Positions 18,842-28,749 of a stretch of DNA of 64,000 bases are shown in pieces (position 1 is the first letter of the stretch; each line of letters starts with the position of its first letter). Source of the stretch: a virus; the IMG/VR virus record IMGVR_UViG_3300035670_000160, positions 6,957-70,956 of that record; one strand, written 5' to 3'. The notes beneath the pieces were generated by a model. That model ran no database searches and was not told the DNA's origin. It saw only the letters and a program-made list of their open reading frames with translations. The position numbers were made by a program, and so were the translations under genes.

Positions 18842-19756
18842 TTATCTAGCGTAATATAGAGCGCGCGCAGTCTGCCGATACATCGCAGACCTCTGACCTG
18901 CGAACTTGAAACCCATAGAGGAGAAGAGATTTCCTGTTTTACGGGCTAACCAAACTAAGATGCTCTTACCTAAAATAACAGCCAGCACTCCAAGAAGAAC
19001 CGCAGGGTTCATCGCACTAAGTGCAAATAGCGTAAAACTAGACCCAAAACCTAGAATTGCTGCGGTAACTCCCGTTGCTCCCGCGAATCCGCCAATTGCG
19101 GACATGATACCAAGCACAATAGACACCACGACAGTAGCCTTAACTAGACCTAATACTATTTGCAAAGGACTTAGGTTAAAGAAATCAGCCAAACTCTCAA
19201 AGAACGACCCAATCTTACCAAATAACTTGGAAAATATCCCGCGAGGTGCTTTGTTTGTATCTAAGAGTACGCGAGCTTCGTATAACAAATAGAGACTCTC
19301 AAAATTAGCTAAGGTCTCCTTAGCTTTTGGATTAGCTTTTATCTCTGAGGATAACCTATTTCTCAGGTCTTTAAATGAGTACTGACCGCCCGCATAAGTG
19401 AACATTGTTTTATTAAGGTCTTTTACATGAGAACCTCTTGCGATTATCCCATATGATTCAAGATTTTTAAGAACATCCACATACTTATAATCAATTAGTT
19501 CCACAGACTCTTTATACTTTTCTAATGCCGACTGCTTGAGTTTCTTCTCAGCCTCCGCTACCTCGCGGGCATCTGGTCCTGTTGCGTCGGCAGGATCGCT
19601 ATTCTTCTTCCAAAAGTCAAATAATCCCGCCTGCTTCTTTAAAATCTGGGTGGACTTAACAAAGAAGCGTTCGACGTCTTCGGCGTTCGCAAAGCGAATT
19701 CCATGACGGGTGAGATATTTAGCTGTAATTTTAGCTATACGAACTTGATTATTCAT
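18842..19756 (-). CDS. membrane-hairpin protein, paralog family member
   Basis: long hydrophobic C-terminal region; visible similarity to ORFs at 34840 and 36231. Confidence 0.65.
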   Translation of the reverse strand: MNNQVRIAKITAKYLTRHGIRFANAEDVERFFVKSTQILKKQAGLFDFWKKNSDPADATGPDAREVAEAEKKLKQSALEKYKESVELIDYKYVDVLKNLESYGIIARGSHVKDLNKTMFTYAGGQYSFKDLRNRLSSEIKANPKAKETLANFESLYLLYEARVLLDTNKAPRGIFSKLFGKIGSFFESLADFFNLSPLQIVLGLVKATVVVSIVLGIMSAIGGFAGATGVTAAILGFGSSFTLFALSAMNPAVLLGVLAVILGKSILVWLARKTGNLFSSMGFKFAGQRSAMYRQTARALYYAR

Positions 19757-19838
19757 GAGAGACTCCCTCTGTGGTAGTTAATTTATATACAACCATTCTT
19801 AGGTGTCTATCTACAAACTATTAACAGGAGAAATAAGA

Positions 19839-20249
19839 ATGGAAAGAACGGCAATGGATTTGTTAAGAAACTTAGAAAGAAGAGTAGCAAGGTTAGAGTC
19901 ACCTTACCCTGTCGCGTTCAACATCCTTTCCAACAAAACTGATTTGTTAATCATTAAGACTCCTTATGCTGACGAACTCAAATCCGAACTCTTCACTTTT
20001 GTTTCTCACCAATTAAGAAATATTAGCCCTGAATTCCGAGCCGAACATTACACAAATCTCTATAATATAGAGAGGGTCATAACAACTGATGAAGGTCATT
20101 TTAAGATTGTTGGGGCTCGTCAACTTTTTGGTCGTGACACAAAGAGTTTGAGGGATTTTCAGGAAGACTTTGATCTTTGTCTGCGAGAGTGGGCTTTCCA
20201 TACCGGAGGCGAAATCGCTGGCGAGGAAGGTGTTTGGTACACTAAGTGA
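19839..20249 (+). CDS. hypothetical protein
   Basis: AGGAG SD; N-terminal LRNLERRVARLE motif. Confidence 0.6.
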   Translation: MERTAMDLLRNLERRVARLESPYPVAFNILSNKTDLLIIKTPYADELKSELFTFVSHQLRNISPEFRAEHYTNLYNIERVITTDEGHFKIVGARQLFGRDTKSLRDFQEDFDLCLREWAFHTGGEIAGEEGVWYTK

Positions 20250-20251
20250 TT

Positions 20252-20312
20252 TAAAGACAAAGGGGGGAGAGATGGCTCTCAAAGATTGCCATCTCTCCCC
20301 CCTTTGCCTTTA
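20252..20312. terminator. long hairpin (19-bp perfect stem), likely bidirectional terminator
   Basis: CAAAGGGGGGAGAGATGGC-11 nt-GCCATCTCTCCCCCCTTTG between convergent units. Confidence 0.75.
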
Positions 20313-20364
20313 GCCACGACCGCCCTTAAGGGAGGCTCTGCACCTACACCATGTAGGTTCAGAT

Positions 20365-20437
20365 TGCCGCCTACAGGACTTGAACCTGTGACCTCCTGTT
20401 TACAAGACAGGTGCTCTACCAACTGAGCTAAGGGGGC
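20365..20437 (-). tRNA. tRNA-Thr(TGT)
   Basis: reverse complement GCCCCCTTAGCTCAGTTGGTAGAGCACCTGT-CTTGTAA-ACAGGAGGTCACAGGTTCAAGTCCTGTAGGCGGCA; one acceptor mismatch; no encoded CCA. Confidence 0.9.
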
Positions 20438-20473
20438 TTCTAGAGGTAGGTTTAACAGATATTCACGAATCGG

Positions 20474-21538
20474 TCAAGAAATATTTTGTAGGTGTCTTTT
20501 AATAGCGTCTGTAAATGCGATTGAGATTTGAGTGGGAACTGCGTTACCTATTTGGAGGTTCTTCTCACTTCGACTACCACAGAAGACATAATCATCTGGG
20601 AAACCTTGTATGCGCGCGCCCTCTCTTGTAGTGAGTGCCCTCTCTACAAGGGGGTGGATACACCTTGCTGATGAAGGTGTGCCGAAGTTGCGTGTGATTG
20701 TCGAACAAGGTCTATCCCACCAAAGTCGGGCATATCCATTAGGAAAAGACTTCCCGATTAGGTCATCTGCCGAGGGTACATCTTTACGAGAACCCCCAAT
20801 CGGTAGAGCTTTCATGTAAGAAATAAAATTGCTGTTATGTCGAGGTGCTTCTTGGTCTAGTAAGAGAGAAGGAGCGTTTTTACGCATTACTTTTTGATAT
20901 TCATTTTGGGGTGGTGTCGCATACTGATAGGCGACTTCGCCTGACTTGACTAGAGGTAGGTCACTTAGTGCCTCAGACAGAGTGATGGCTTTCGTGTGTG
21001 TAGGCGAAGGAAATAAGAAAGGTTTTTTTGAACCCACTAGAAATATGCGTTCTCTTATCTGAGGACTTCCGAAATCAGTCGCTTTTAACAACTGATAACT
21101 TGTTATATAACCAAGCTCCTCTGCCTTAGAAATAATCTCCGCTAAGAGTTCCCCGCCTTGTATAGAAATAAGTCCCTTTACATTTTCAAACAGAAATAAT
21201 TTTGGATTAAGTTCTTTTACGAGTCTGAAGTATTCATGGAAAAGAACTGCTCTGGGGTCATTTTCGGCTCTTTTACCTGAAGTTGAGTAGGCTTGACAAG
21301 GAGGTCCGCCGATGAGGACATCAACTTGGCTGACTTGGAAATCTTTTATGAGGTCATCTACACCGAAGTGTTTTATATCTTTCACATAGACTTTAGTGTG
21401 TGGGTGATTAAGAGAATAAGCCTTCGCCATATTTGGCAGTATCTCGTTAGCCGCGAGAATAACAAAATCATCATCGTGAGCGAAGCCATAGCTTAGTCCA
21501 CCAACACCACAGAACAAATCTACTACACGATAGGTCAT
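20474..21538 (-). CDS. DNA (cytosine-5)-methyltransferase
   Basis: DLFCGVGG, GGPPCQ, FENVKG, QIRER, LTTREGARIQGFPD, QIGNAV. Confidence 0.95.
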   Translation of the reverse strand: MTYRVVDLFCGVGGLSYGFAHDDDFVILAANEILPNMAKAYSLNHPHTKVYVKDIKHFGVDDLIKDFQVSQVDVLIGGPPCQAYSTSGKRAENDPRAVLFHEYFRLVKELNPKLFLFENVKGLISIQGGELLAEIISKAEELGYITSYQLLKATDFGSPQIRERIFLVGSKKPFLFPSPTHTKAITLSEALSDLPLVKSGEVAYQYATPPQNEYQKVMRKNAPSLLLDQEAPRHNSNFISYMKALPIGGSRKDVPSADDLIGKSFPNGYARLWWDRPCSTITRNFGTPSSARCIHPLVERALTTREGARIQGFPDDYVFCGSRSEKNLQIGNAVPTQISIAFTDAIKRHLQNIS

Positions 21539-21594
21539 ATTATCCTTCTCTCATATATGTCTCAGTAAGAACTCACATAAGAGAGGAGTTTACC

Positions 21595-22044
21595 TTGCTA
21601 GTTGCGTTTATTTCTGAAGAGGTCACAGCCCTAGATAAAGACCTAGCGCGAGCCTCAAAGTTAGGAGTGTTTCTTACGAGTAAAGGACACTCCCTTATCA
21701 CACGAGGGGACACCGAGCAGGAACGCGCTTTTGTAGAAAGTTCGCCCACAAGTCTTGTCACTCTCTTGCCTCGAAAGACTAATTATTTTCCCATTTCTGA
21801 GGGAGCTATCTTAGCTCTAGAAAGAGCGTATCCTCAGGTCAACGAAATGAAAGGGATAGACATCTCAGACAGGGTGCGTGCTTACTTGCTAGGAGAGCGC
21901 GCAGATGTGGTTGTGTATAGAGGGGAGAATACTGAGATTGCTTTAGCTCTGAGTGTCGGTAGAAAGAGCTTCGATATAAGTAAAGACCAGCTCAGACTTG
22001 CTGAGTGGCTCAAAGGACTCCCCCCATGCTTAAAAAGTTTTTGA
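21595..22044 (+). CDS. hypothetical protein, possibly a degenerate SLOG/DprA-like Rossmann fold
   Basis: GVFLTSKGHSLITRG..ERAF..RAYLLG..DVVVY..TEIAL pattern. Confidence 0.4.
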   Translation: MLVAFISEEVTALDKDLARASKLGVFLTSKGHSLITRGDTEQERAFVESSPTSLVTLLPRKTNYFPISEGAILALERAYPQVNEMKGIDISDRVRAYLLGERADVVVYRGENTEIALALSVGRKSFDISKDQLRLAEWLKGLPPCLKSF

Positions 22045-22616
22045 GGTCACTAGATAGCTTTGACTCATTTCTGAAGTGGCAACTCGTCATAGGCTTCGTG
22101 TGTTCTGTATCTTGGGCGCTGACGATTCCTGTTATCCACAAGCTACAAGGTTTGTATTGGACAACCGCCTACATTTCTATCGCGCACATAGTGAATAATA
22201 GCGCAGGTTTGGTGGTTCCTTTGCTCAAGGGAATATCTCTGCCCCACCTAATGCTTATTTATATAGGGGTCTCCCTAGTGTATGTGTTAAGCCTATTTCT
22301 CTACTTCATAGACCTACAAGTTTTTATTCTTGCGGAGGCTCTTATAAGTGTCAGCTTCTCTATCACATACCCCCTACTGAATATCGCATGGGAGGTGTAT
22401 GTGATTAAGAAATATGGGGTAGAAGTGTTTGAAGACTTTCGTTATTGGGAGGGGGTTAGGTCAAGCGCGGGGCATATTTTTGGAGCCAGCCTTGTGGCGG
22501 TTGTCTCTACTTACTTCGATATGGACACAGCTCTTAAGCTGTTGGGGTGCGCGCTCTGTCTGATGTTAACCCTTGAAGGAATAAATTGGTTCAAGTTCTA
22601 TAGAAATATGAAGTGA
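22026..22616 (+). CDS. multi-pass membrane protein (half-MFS-like, ~6 TM)
   Basis: successive hydrophobic helices. Confidence 0.6.
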   Translation: MLKKFLRSLDSFDSFLKWQLVIGFVCSVSWALTIPVIHKLQGLYWTTAYISIAHIVNNSAGLVVPLLKGISLPHLMLIYIGVSLVYVLSLFLYFIDLQVFILAEALISVSFSITYPLLNIAWEVYVIKKYGVEVFEDFRYWEGVRSSAGHIFGASLVAVVSTYFDMDTALKLLGCALCLMLTLEGINWFKFYRNMK

Positions 22617-22624
22617 GATAGTAC

Positions 22625-22897
22625 TTATTGGTACTCAATAAGAGTGTATACAGGGGCAAGAGCGTTTGCAATTAAAGCTAAATCATAGCTGTTCACTTTG
22701 ATTGAGCGTAAAGGGTTTTCAGAAAGACCTAAACTTCCAGATTGTAGGCTTGCTTTGAAACCTGCGTTTGTGAGAAGATAAATAATGTTTTGAGTTTCGG
22801 ACTGCATGACAATCAGTTCCGCTCCCCGATTAGATGGGATGACTAAGACAGGTGCTCTAAAAGACTTGAGATTACGGGCAGCTGCTAATCTTCTCAT
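22625..22897 (-). CDS. hypothetical protein
   Basis: 90-aa ORF beginning MRRLAA. Confidence 0.5.
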   Translation of the reverse strand: MRRLAAARNLKSFRAPVLVIPSNRGAELIVMQSETQNIIYLLTNAGFKASLQSGSLGLSENPLRSIKVNSYDLALIANALAPVYTLIEYQ

Positions 22898-22972
22898 GGT
22901 AGCACTCTTTATTTTGTTATTTTATTTCAATAAACAGGTCTTGGTATAGACAAGATATTAGGAGGTGTTGAT

Positions 22973-23176
22973 ATGAGTTTTGAAGCAAAGATGAGAGTTT
23001 TAGAGTTCTCTTATAGAGTACTTCAAGAAAATCAAAATCCACCGATTACCATAGAAGAGGTTTTAAAGGTTGCTAAAAAGATTGAACGCCATATTTTGAG
23101 AGGAGACTCGTTAGATACGCCTGCGTTGATTCCTTATTTCTCAAAACGCATTGAAGAACCCTCAAACAATGATTAA
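22973..23176 (+). CDS. small hypothetical protein (paralog of 37874)
   Basis: AGGAGG SD; EEVLKVAKKIE motif. Confidence 0.6.
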   Translation: MSFEAKMRVLEFSYRVLQENQNPPITIEEVLKVAKKIERHILRGDSLDTPALIPYFSKRIEEPSNND

Positions 23177-23525
23177 GATTAGTCATGATAGAGAGCAGAC
23201 TGAAATAAGGCAGTATTTACAACCTGCTTTTATTTCTGAGGGTCTTCTTTATCGGTGTCTTTGTCTATCTACCCCAAAGGGTAAAGGAGATTGTGTTCGT
23301 ACAACTCAAAAGGGAGTCTATGAATTGAAGTTTAGCACCTCGAAAAAAGAACATAAAGCCGAGGTGTCTTTTGAACTGACTGACAAAGAAGAGATTGTCA
23401 TGGATTTAGTAGAGTGTACAGGAAAGATGATAAAGATAACTTTATTTCTGAAGGGTTCTTTGGGCGGGGGAGTTCATTGGGAGTCGGGCGAAACAAAAAA
23501 GAAGACTAAAACTAAGACTAAATAA
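23151..23525 (+). CDS. hypothetical protein
   Basis: ORF coupled to upstream gene. Confidence 0.5.
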   Translation: MKNPQTMIKISHDREQTEIRQYLQPAFISEGLLYRCLCLSTPKGKGDCVRTTQKGVYELKFSTSKKEHKAEVSFELTDKEEIVMDLVECTGKMIKITLFLKGSLGGGVHWESGETKKKTKTKTK

Positions 23526-24414
23526 AGTTTCGAGGGCTAAGTACACCACGACCCACATGGGGACCGAAGGCAGAACGAATACCAATACCATACTTCGGTT
23601 GGGATAGCCCTAAGACGAACTTCGTAGTACGAGCTTTAGCTTCTACGCTAGACTGCCACATTGACTCAGCGGTGGACTTGAGTCCTTCGTACTTAGAGGA
23701 CTTGTCAAGACTAAGAGATATGCCTCCGATAGAGTAGTCAAACTCATCTACAATCCAATTTGCTTGAAGTGCCATCGCTGCAAACTGAATAGCTCCTTGA
23801 AGGACTGCTGTTCTCCAAGCGGGCTTCTTCGTGACTAGATTTTCCAAAGTGCCTAGATTTTCAGTCTCTGGTGGTTGCATATTCCACCAATCGAGTGCGC
23901 GCTCAATATACTCTAAGAACTCTGCGTCTTCCCAAACTTGACCAAAAACTCGATTATAGTTATTAATATTCGCCTCATGCTCAGGCGGACGGAAGTGATA
24001 ATAGCGGTCAGGGTTTTGGTCTCTTAAAAGTAATCTGAGTTTATCTACCATCTGTTTTTCTGCTGCACTCAGAGATACGCTCAGACTCACATCACCTGAT
24101 ACGATGGCGAACTCTTGGACCACCGTTTGAATCGGACTATTGACGAGTTCTCTTAAAGACCATCTTATACGATAAGATCCATATGAAGCAGTAGAGGGGA
24201 TTCTGACGCTTGCATAATACTCCCCTATAGATGGATTTTCGGGGATACGGGCAGGGTCTCCGATTAGTACTTCTGTCTCTGGTGGGGCGGGGTCTACATA
24301 GTAAAGCGCATATGTTATTTCGGCTGCGTTCGCTATATTTCCACTAGAGTTTGTAAGAAATATATCCAAGTCTCCTCTACCTAAGACTTGAGAGCGTTTA
24401 AAGACGACTGACAT
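23518..24414 (-). CDS. putative virion head-tail adaptor/neck-like protein
   Basis: AAGGAG SD; Ig-like N-terminus; LRLLLRD...YSIGGISLSLDKSSKY adaptor-like C-terminus. Confidence 0.55.
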   Translation of the reverse strand: MSVVFKRSQVLGRGDLDIFLTNSSGNIANAAEITYALYYVDPAPPETEVLIGDPARIPENPSIGEYYASVRIPSTASYGSYRIRWSLRELVNSPIQTVVQEFAIVSGDVSLSVSLSAAEKQMVDKLRLLLRDQNPDRYYHFRPPEHEANINNYNRVFGQVWEDAEFLEYIERALDWWNMQPPETENLGTLENLVTKKPAWRTAVLQGAIQFAAMALQANWIVDEFDYSIGGISLSLDKSSKYEGLKSTAESMWQSSVEAKARTTKFVLGLSQPKYGIGIRSAFGPHVGRGVLSPRNFI

Positions 24415-24516
24415 ATCGCACTCCTTTCAGAACAAGATGTCTCTACCGCCAACCGATAACATATTTATCTGAGACTCAGTGCTTTGATAATGTTTCATGT
24501 GAAACATATTAAATCT

Positions 24517-25443
24517 TTAGATGCGCTTCTTGTGAGCTAAGAGTTTGAGGTATCGAGAGGCTACTCTTTGTGCGTGGCTAGATGCGGTGCGTATATTAGT
24601 GACCTCAAAAGAACCATCTTCTTCAAAGAACCCTAGTTGTTTGACTTCAAAAGAACATACACCTTTTCCTTCAAAGGTTTTCTCTGAGCCTAAGAAGTCG
24701 CAATCTTCGGGGACTAAATAAAGTGTGATTTTCTTAGCCTCAAAGTCATAGACGAGTTGAGAACTTGTGAACATATTGTCTGTTCTTCGCACAACATTTA
24801 AGGGGTCCTCAATATTTTTCCCGCGCGCTGAGTATAGCTCCTCAATAAGTTCATCAGGAGATTTTGCTTTACTGAAGGCTTTTTCTACTTTACTCATTCT
24901 AGCCTTTGAGGATTCTAGATTTTCACCTGAGGTATATCCCGCGCTAGGGTATTTTACTCCGTGGTTAGAGCGAACAGTCGCGTTCTTCATATCTAGAGGG
25001 GTGACATGAGCTTTATGTTTAGCGGTATGTTCTACTACATGACCTGCTTTTCCATCTGACACGATGGTGTGTCCTCTGATACCTCCGAGGTAATACACGA
25101 TATTTTCTAAGGCTGTCTCTAGGTCTTTGCTTTCAAGAGCTTTTAAGACTCTCTCTGCGTCTTTAGAACCGACTCTCCCTAATGTAGCGGCATCTGCTGA
25201 CTTAGACCCTTCTTTCTCATCCCATAGAACTAAGAGGGCTGAGTTCGCAACCGCTATCCCATACTGATTAATACCCTCTACCCAACCGGTGTTTTCGTCT
25301 TTGAAATAGACCATCTCCACACCATTTCTTTTGGTGTGATACACTTTAAGTTCAGGGATATAGTTCCTATCCCTATTCTTAAATAAGTACTTTTTACCGC
25401 CTAAGTCTCCAAAAGCGATAACACAGCCTTTTTTATTGTGCAT
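24517..25443 (-). CDS. Ntn-hydrolase, peptidase C45/acyltransferase-like
   Basis: near-N-terminal Cys (KKG-C), KNRD, EGINQYG, RSNHG, SKAR. Confidence 0.75.
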   Translation of the reverse strand: MHNKKGCVIAFGDLGGKKYLFKNRDRNYIPELKVYHTKRNGVEMVYFKDENTGWVEGINQYGIAVANSALLVLWDEKEGSKSADAATLGRVGSKDAERVLKALESKDLETALENIVYYLGGIRGHTIVSDGKAGHVVEHTAKHKAHVTPLDMKNATVRSNHGVKYPSAGYTSGENLESSKARMSKVEKAFSKAKSPDELIEELYSARGKNIEDPLNVVRRTDNMFTSSQLVYDFEAKKITLYLVPEDCDFLGSEKTFEGKGVCSFEVKQLGFFEEDGSFEVTNIRTASSHAQRVASRYLKLLAHKKRI

Positions 25444-26845
25444 AATAGACCCTGCTTATTTGTGGTTGAGTCCTCAAGATGAAGTCTATCTCAAGAGAGG
25501 CTTTCTTCTTGAATACTGTTCGCACACTATTCGCAAGTTCAGAACTGAACTCTTTCGCACTCTCTACAAGCTGTTGAGCTTTCATTTTTGCGAAGCCGAG
25601 TGCTTTTGCGATGTCTTCAATAACACCCGCACCGAACACAGGCAGAAAAAGCATCAGCTTCTTCATAATATATGTTGTGGAAGAAATGCCTAAAATCAAA
25701 CAAACTGTTGCTAATATTCCGATGGTCTTTAAAATACCCGCACCCACAATAGCAGGCGCAGTTTTCATTAATATCGCTAGTATAGATACTTTTAAAATAG
25801 TTAAACCGACTTTTACAATCAGGAACTTCCAATCTGGGAGATTTACTACTTTTTGATTTAACCCCTCCCATTTGGAAAATAAGAACCCTCTTTCATCGCC
25901 TTCATAGCCGAAAGATTTAGCTAGAACACCAATTGAAATTCCTGATACATTCGCTAACTCTTGTGGGGTACTCGCATTAAGTAGTGCGCTTATCCTGTTC
26001 AGAATGCTAGAATGTCCTTTGATTGCATTAAAGGACTTTTGCAATGCCTGCTCAAATAGAGTTTTAGGGTTAGACCCAATCAGTTCTCCGACTTGACCTA
26101 ATAAACCACGCTCTTTAAGTATCACTCTGATTTCAGAGAGCGCCTTAGACGAAGCACTAGAAATATTTGAAACCATATCCTTTATGTACTGAGTGAAATA
26201 GAGTCCGCCCAACTCTTTATTTAGTTCACCCATTTCAGGGGAAGACTCGTTTGCGAAATGTCTTGTAAAGTCCCTGAGCTGGTTTGATGCAATACGACCC
26301 TCAGACCTTAAGAGATTTCCATATACTCTCATATGTTCTTGGTACTCAGGAAACTGCTCAAAAGCGAGGATTGCTCTCTTTAGCTTCTTGTTTAAGAGAT
26401 AAGTCTCAGTTAGGTCACTTGCACTTTTGCTAAAGTGTTTCTTATTCCAAGACTGCCACTTCTTATGTTGTGGGCTAGACTTGAGTGAGGGGTCGTGACC
26501 CCAATTTTTTAGGCTAATCTCCCACTTTGACATCTTACTATCTCCTACAGGGTCGCCGGGTTTCCCTCCCAGCATTCTTGAGTTGAAACCAATTTCCTGC
26601 TTGGCGTTGGTGAAGTCATCCGCAGACCAATCCTTAAAAGCCTTTTCTTTTCTCCGCTTTATTCTATGAAAAGAATCATAGCCAGATTGAATCTTCCCAC
26701 TATCCTTAGCTTCTTCTCTGTTTAAAGAAGCTAATAATCTATCATCATCTTTAGCCCAATTGTCTAAAGATGTTTGACTCATATTAATGAGGTCATGCCA
26801 CTTCTTATATACTTCTTTTTTTTCTTCGTCTGTCATCGCCGCCAT
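25433..26845 (-). CDS. DUF3140-like N-terminal domain fused to membrane-hairpin region
   Basis: WHDLINMS...SLKNWGHDP; hydrophobic C-terminal helices. Confidence 0.65.
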   Translation of the reverse strand: MAAMTDEEKKEVYKKWHDLINMSQTSLDNWAKDDDRLLASLNREEAKDSGKIQSGYDSFHRIKRRKEKAFKDWSADDFTNAKQEIGFNSRMLGGKPGDPVGDSKMSKWEISLKNWGHDPSLKSSPQHKKWQSWNKKHFSKSASDLTETYLLNKKLKRAILAFEQFPEYQEHMRVYGNLLRSEGRIASNQLRDFTRHFANESSPEMGELNKELGGLYFTQYIKDMVSNISSASSKALSEIRVILKERGLLGQVGELIGSNPKTLFEQALQKSFNAIKGHSSILNRISALLNASTPQELANVSGISIGVLAKSFGYEGDERGFLFSKWEGLNQKVVNLPDWKFLIVKVGLTILKVSILAILMKTAPAIVGAGILKTIGILATVCLILGISSTTYIMKKLMLFLPVFGAGVIEDIAKALGFAKMKAQQLVESAKEFSSELANSVRTVFKKKASLEIDFILRTQPQISRVYYAQ

Positions 26846-26882
26846 AGCACGCTCCTTGTTTATCTGCGCGCTTATAAAACAT

Positions 26883-27131
26883 TTATTTGGCTCTTAAATT
26901 GATAATCAAACCTTTTAGTTCTTTAACGGCATTTGTAAACTCTAGCGCGACAACCTTAGACTCTCCCTTAAAGTACTCTTTCTTTAGGTTTCCAATGTCT
27001 AGGGTATAGCTGAACACAAAGAACACGCTAGAACGATGCTCATTTTCTGCTATTTCAGCCCCTAAAAACGGAACATCTGCAACTTTGAAATAAGCGGCTA
27101 GATATAAATCCGTTGTCTTAAATGTCTTCAT
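26883..27131 (-). CDS. small phage protein (DUF5659-like)
   Basis: TTDLYLAAY..VFFVF..AVKELK. Confidence 0.6.
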   Translation of the reverse strand: MKTFKTTDLYLAAYFKVADVPFLGAEIAENEHRSSVFFVFSYTLDIGNLKKEYFKGESKVVALEFTNAVKELKGLIINLRAK

Positions 27132-27343
27132 ATTTCTGAGAAGAATGTCTCTTGGACTTTTCGTACACCTTTGTCATTGCTCTCAGTCTTTTTTAAAAGA
27201 CCCCCCTCCCAATAAGCAATGATTGGCTTGTCTCCCCAAGTTGCCCTTAAAATATCTCCTGTTGAGATTAAGACTCTGCCCTCATATGGTTTTCTCTCTT
27301 TGAGAGCAGAAATCGCTTTTTTATCTTGAAGGGCAACTTTCAA
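27128..27343 (-). CDS. hypothetical protein
   Basis: 71-aa ORF in minus-strand operon. Confidence 0.45.
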   Translation of the reverse strand: MKVALQDKKAISALKERKPYEGRVLISTGDILRATWGDKPIIAYWEGGLLKKTESNDKGVRKVQETFFSEI

Positions 27344-27347
27344 TCAA

Positions 27348-28007
27348 TTACTCCGCTATCGTACCATCTGCGAGATATACTACCACGAGAGGGTCTAATA
27401 CAGCACCTGTACGAGAGACTCGACTAGAGATCGCCTTCCGTAGCTGACCTCTAGCCAGAGACAACCAAAAGCTAGAGTCCTGATCGTTTATAGGGGAATA
27501 AACATCAGAATCAAACAAAGCCTCTTGCTGTGCCTCAGTCAGATAAGCATCATCTACATCAGTCCCTACAGGTACTACGAACTTCGCACCACCGAGGATA
27601 GCGAGAATGTTCCCTACTGTGGCGGTGGAGTTTCCTGTCCCGACAATGCCTGCTCCCGGAACAACACCATCAAGGATGTCGTTGAGGTCTGCTTCCGCAA
27701 GTGCATCTCCCGCTCTCATGGCGGTGATGATTGCGTCAGCCGCTTCTTTGGCTTGAGCACCTGTGAAGTTGGCTCCGTCTGCGTCAACGGTGACTAAGAG
27801 ATAAGCGGCAAGACCACTTACTTCTCTAGCCACAGCTAAAGCAGTTACCACAGGAAGGGTATTCTCAGGCTGACGAAGGTATCTAGGTCCCTGAGGGGCA
27901 GGGTCAACCACAGGGTTTGCCTGTGAACGAGATGGCCAAAAGTCTGTGATTTGGAAGACGCTATTAGCGACACTCGCATCACGAATACAGATTACAGGGT
28001 TGCTCAT
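27348..28007 (-). CDS. putative virion structural protein, paralog 3
   Basis: QITDFWP..QGPRY..SGLAAYL..VVYLADGT. Confidence 0.65.
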   Translation of the reverse strand: MSNPVICIRDASVANSVFQITDFWPSRSQANPVVDPAPQGPRYLRQPENTLPVVTALAVAREVSGLAAYLLVTVDADGANFTGAQAKEAADAIITAMRAGDALAEADLNDILDGVVPGAGIVGTGNSTATVGNILAILGGAKFVVPVGTDVDDAYLTEAQQEALFDSDVYSPINDQDSSFWLSLARGQLRKAISSRVSRTGAVLDPLVVVYLADGTIAE

Positions 28008-28018
28008 TTCTTATTTCC

Positions 28019-28732
28019 TTACTGAATGAGGGTGCCGTCGTCTGCATAACAGACAACATAGGGTGCCTTATTTCCATTCGCGTCTCTGCGAGTCTGAGCC
28101 TTCTTGAGCTGACCGCTCTTCGCAGAAATATAGAAGGTCCCTGTGAAGTTTGACCAAAGGCTCGCCACATCCGCAGGGTCTGTAAAGAACCCATCAACAG
28201 CGGGAGCCTCGAAAGCATCATCTGCGGTTTCGTCAGCTATTGAAGTTCCATCAGGAAGGGTGAATACCTTATAGCCAGAAATAATCTGAAGTATCTGCAA
28301 CACAGTCGCTGTTGAGTTACCGATACCGATACCATTCTCACCACCGGTACGATTAGCAATCTCAGCATTAATGACTTCCTCAGTAAGAGGCTCGCCTGCC
28401 TCCATGATAGCGATTAAGTCATTAGCAATATTAACTGCTTGAGCTGCGGTGAGGGCGATGTTATTAACATCAGCGGAGTTTTCGATGGTGGCGAGAATAT
28501 AAGCGGCAAGACCGCTCACATCACCATCAACATCAAAATTTGCATCCAATACAGGTGTCGCTGTAATCGCTCTGCTGTGAGCGTAGATGTAAGTGGGTCC
28601 TTGAAAGCGAGGAGTTAAGACAGCGTTGGACTGAGTCTTATGGGGAAATAAGTCAGTAATCTGAAGAGACACTCCCTGAGGAGAACCTGAGGAAGACCCA
28701 TTCACGATTCGAGGTGTACAGACGAAGGGCAT
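28019..28732 (-). CDS. putative virion structural protein, paralog 2
   Basis: QITDLFP..QGPTY..SGLAAYI..VCYADDGT. Confidence 0.65.
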   Translation of the reverse strand: MPFVCTPRIVNGSSSGSPQGVSLQITDLFPHKTQSNAVLTPRFQGPTYIYAHSRAITATPVLDANFDVDGDVSGLAAYILATIENSADVNNIALTAAQAVNIANDLIAIMEAGEPLTEEVINAEIANRTGGENGIGIGNSTATVLQILQIISGYKVFTLPDGTSIADETADDAFEAPAVDGFFTDPADVASLWSNFTGTFYISAKSGQLKKAQTRRDANGNKAPYVVCYADDGTLIQ

Positions 28733-28749
28733 AGTTAGTCTCCTATTTC

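Noticed and set aside
20474-21538. Restriction-modification system around the C5 MTase next to tRNA-Thr
   Set aside because: No adjacent endonuclease or att-like duplication of the tRNA 3' end was seen, so it is treated as an orphan MTase.
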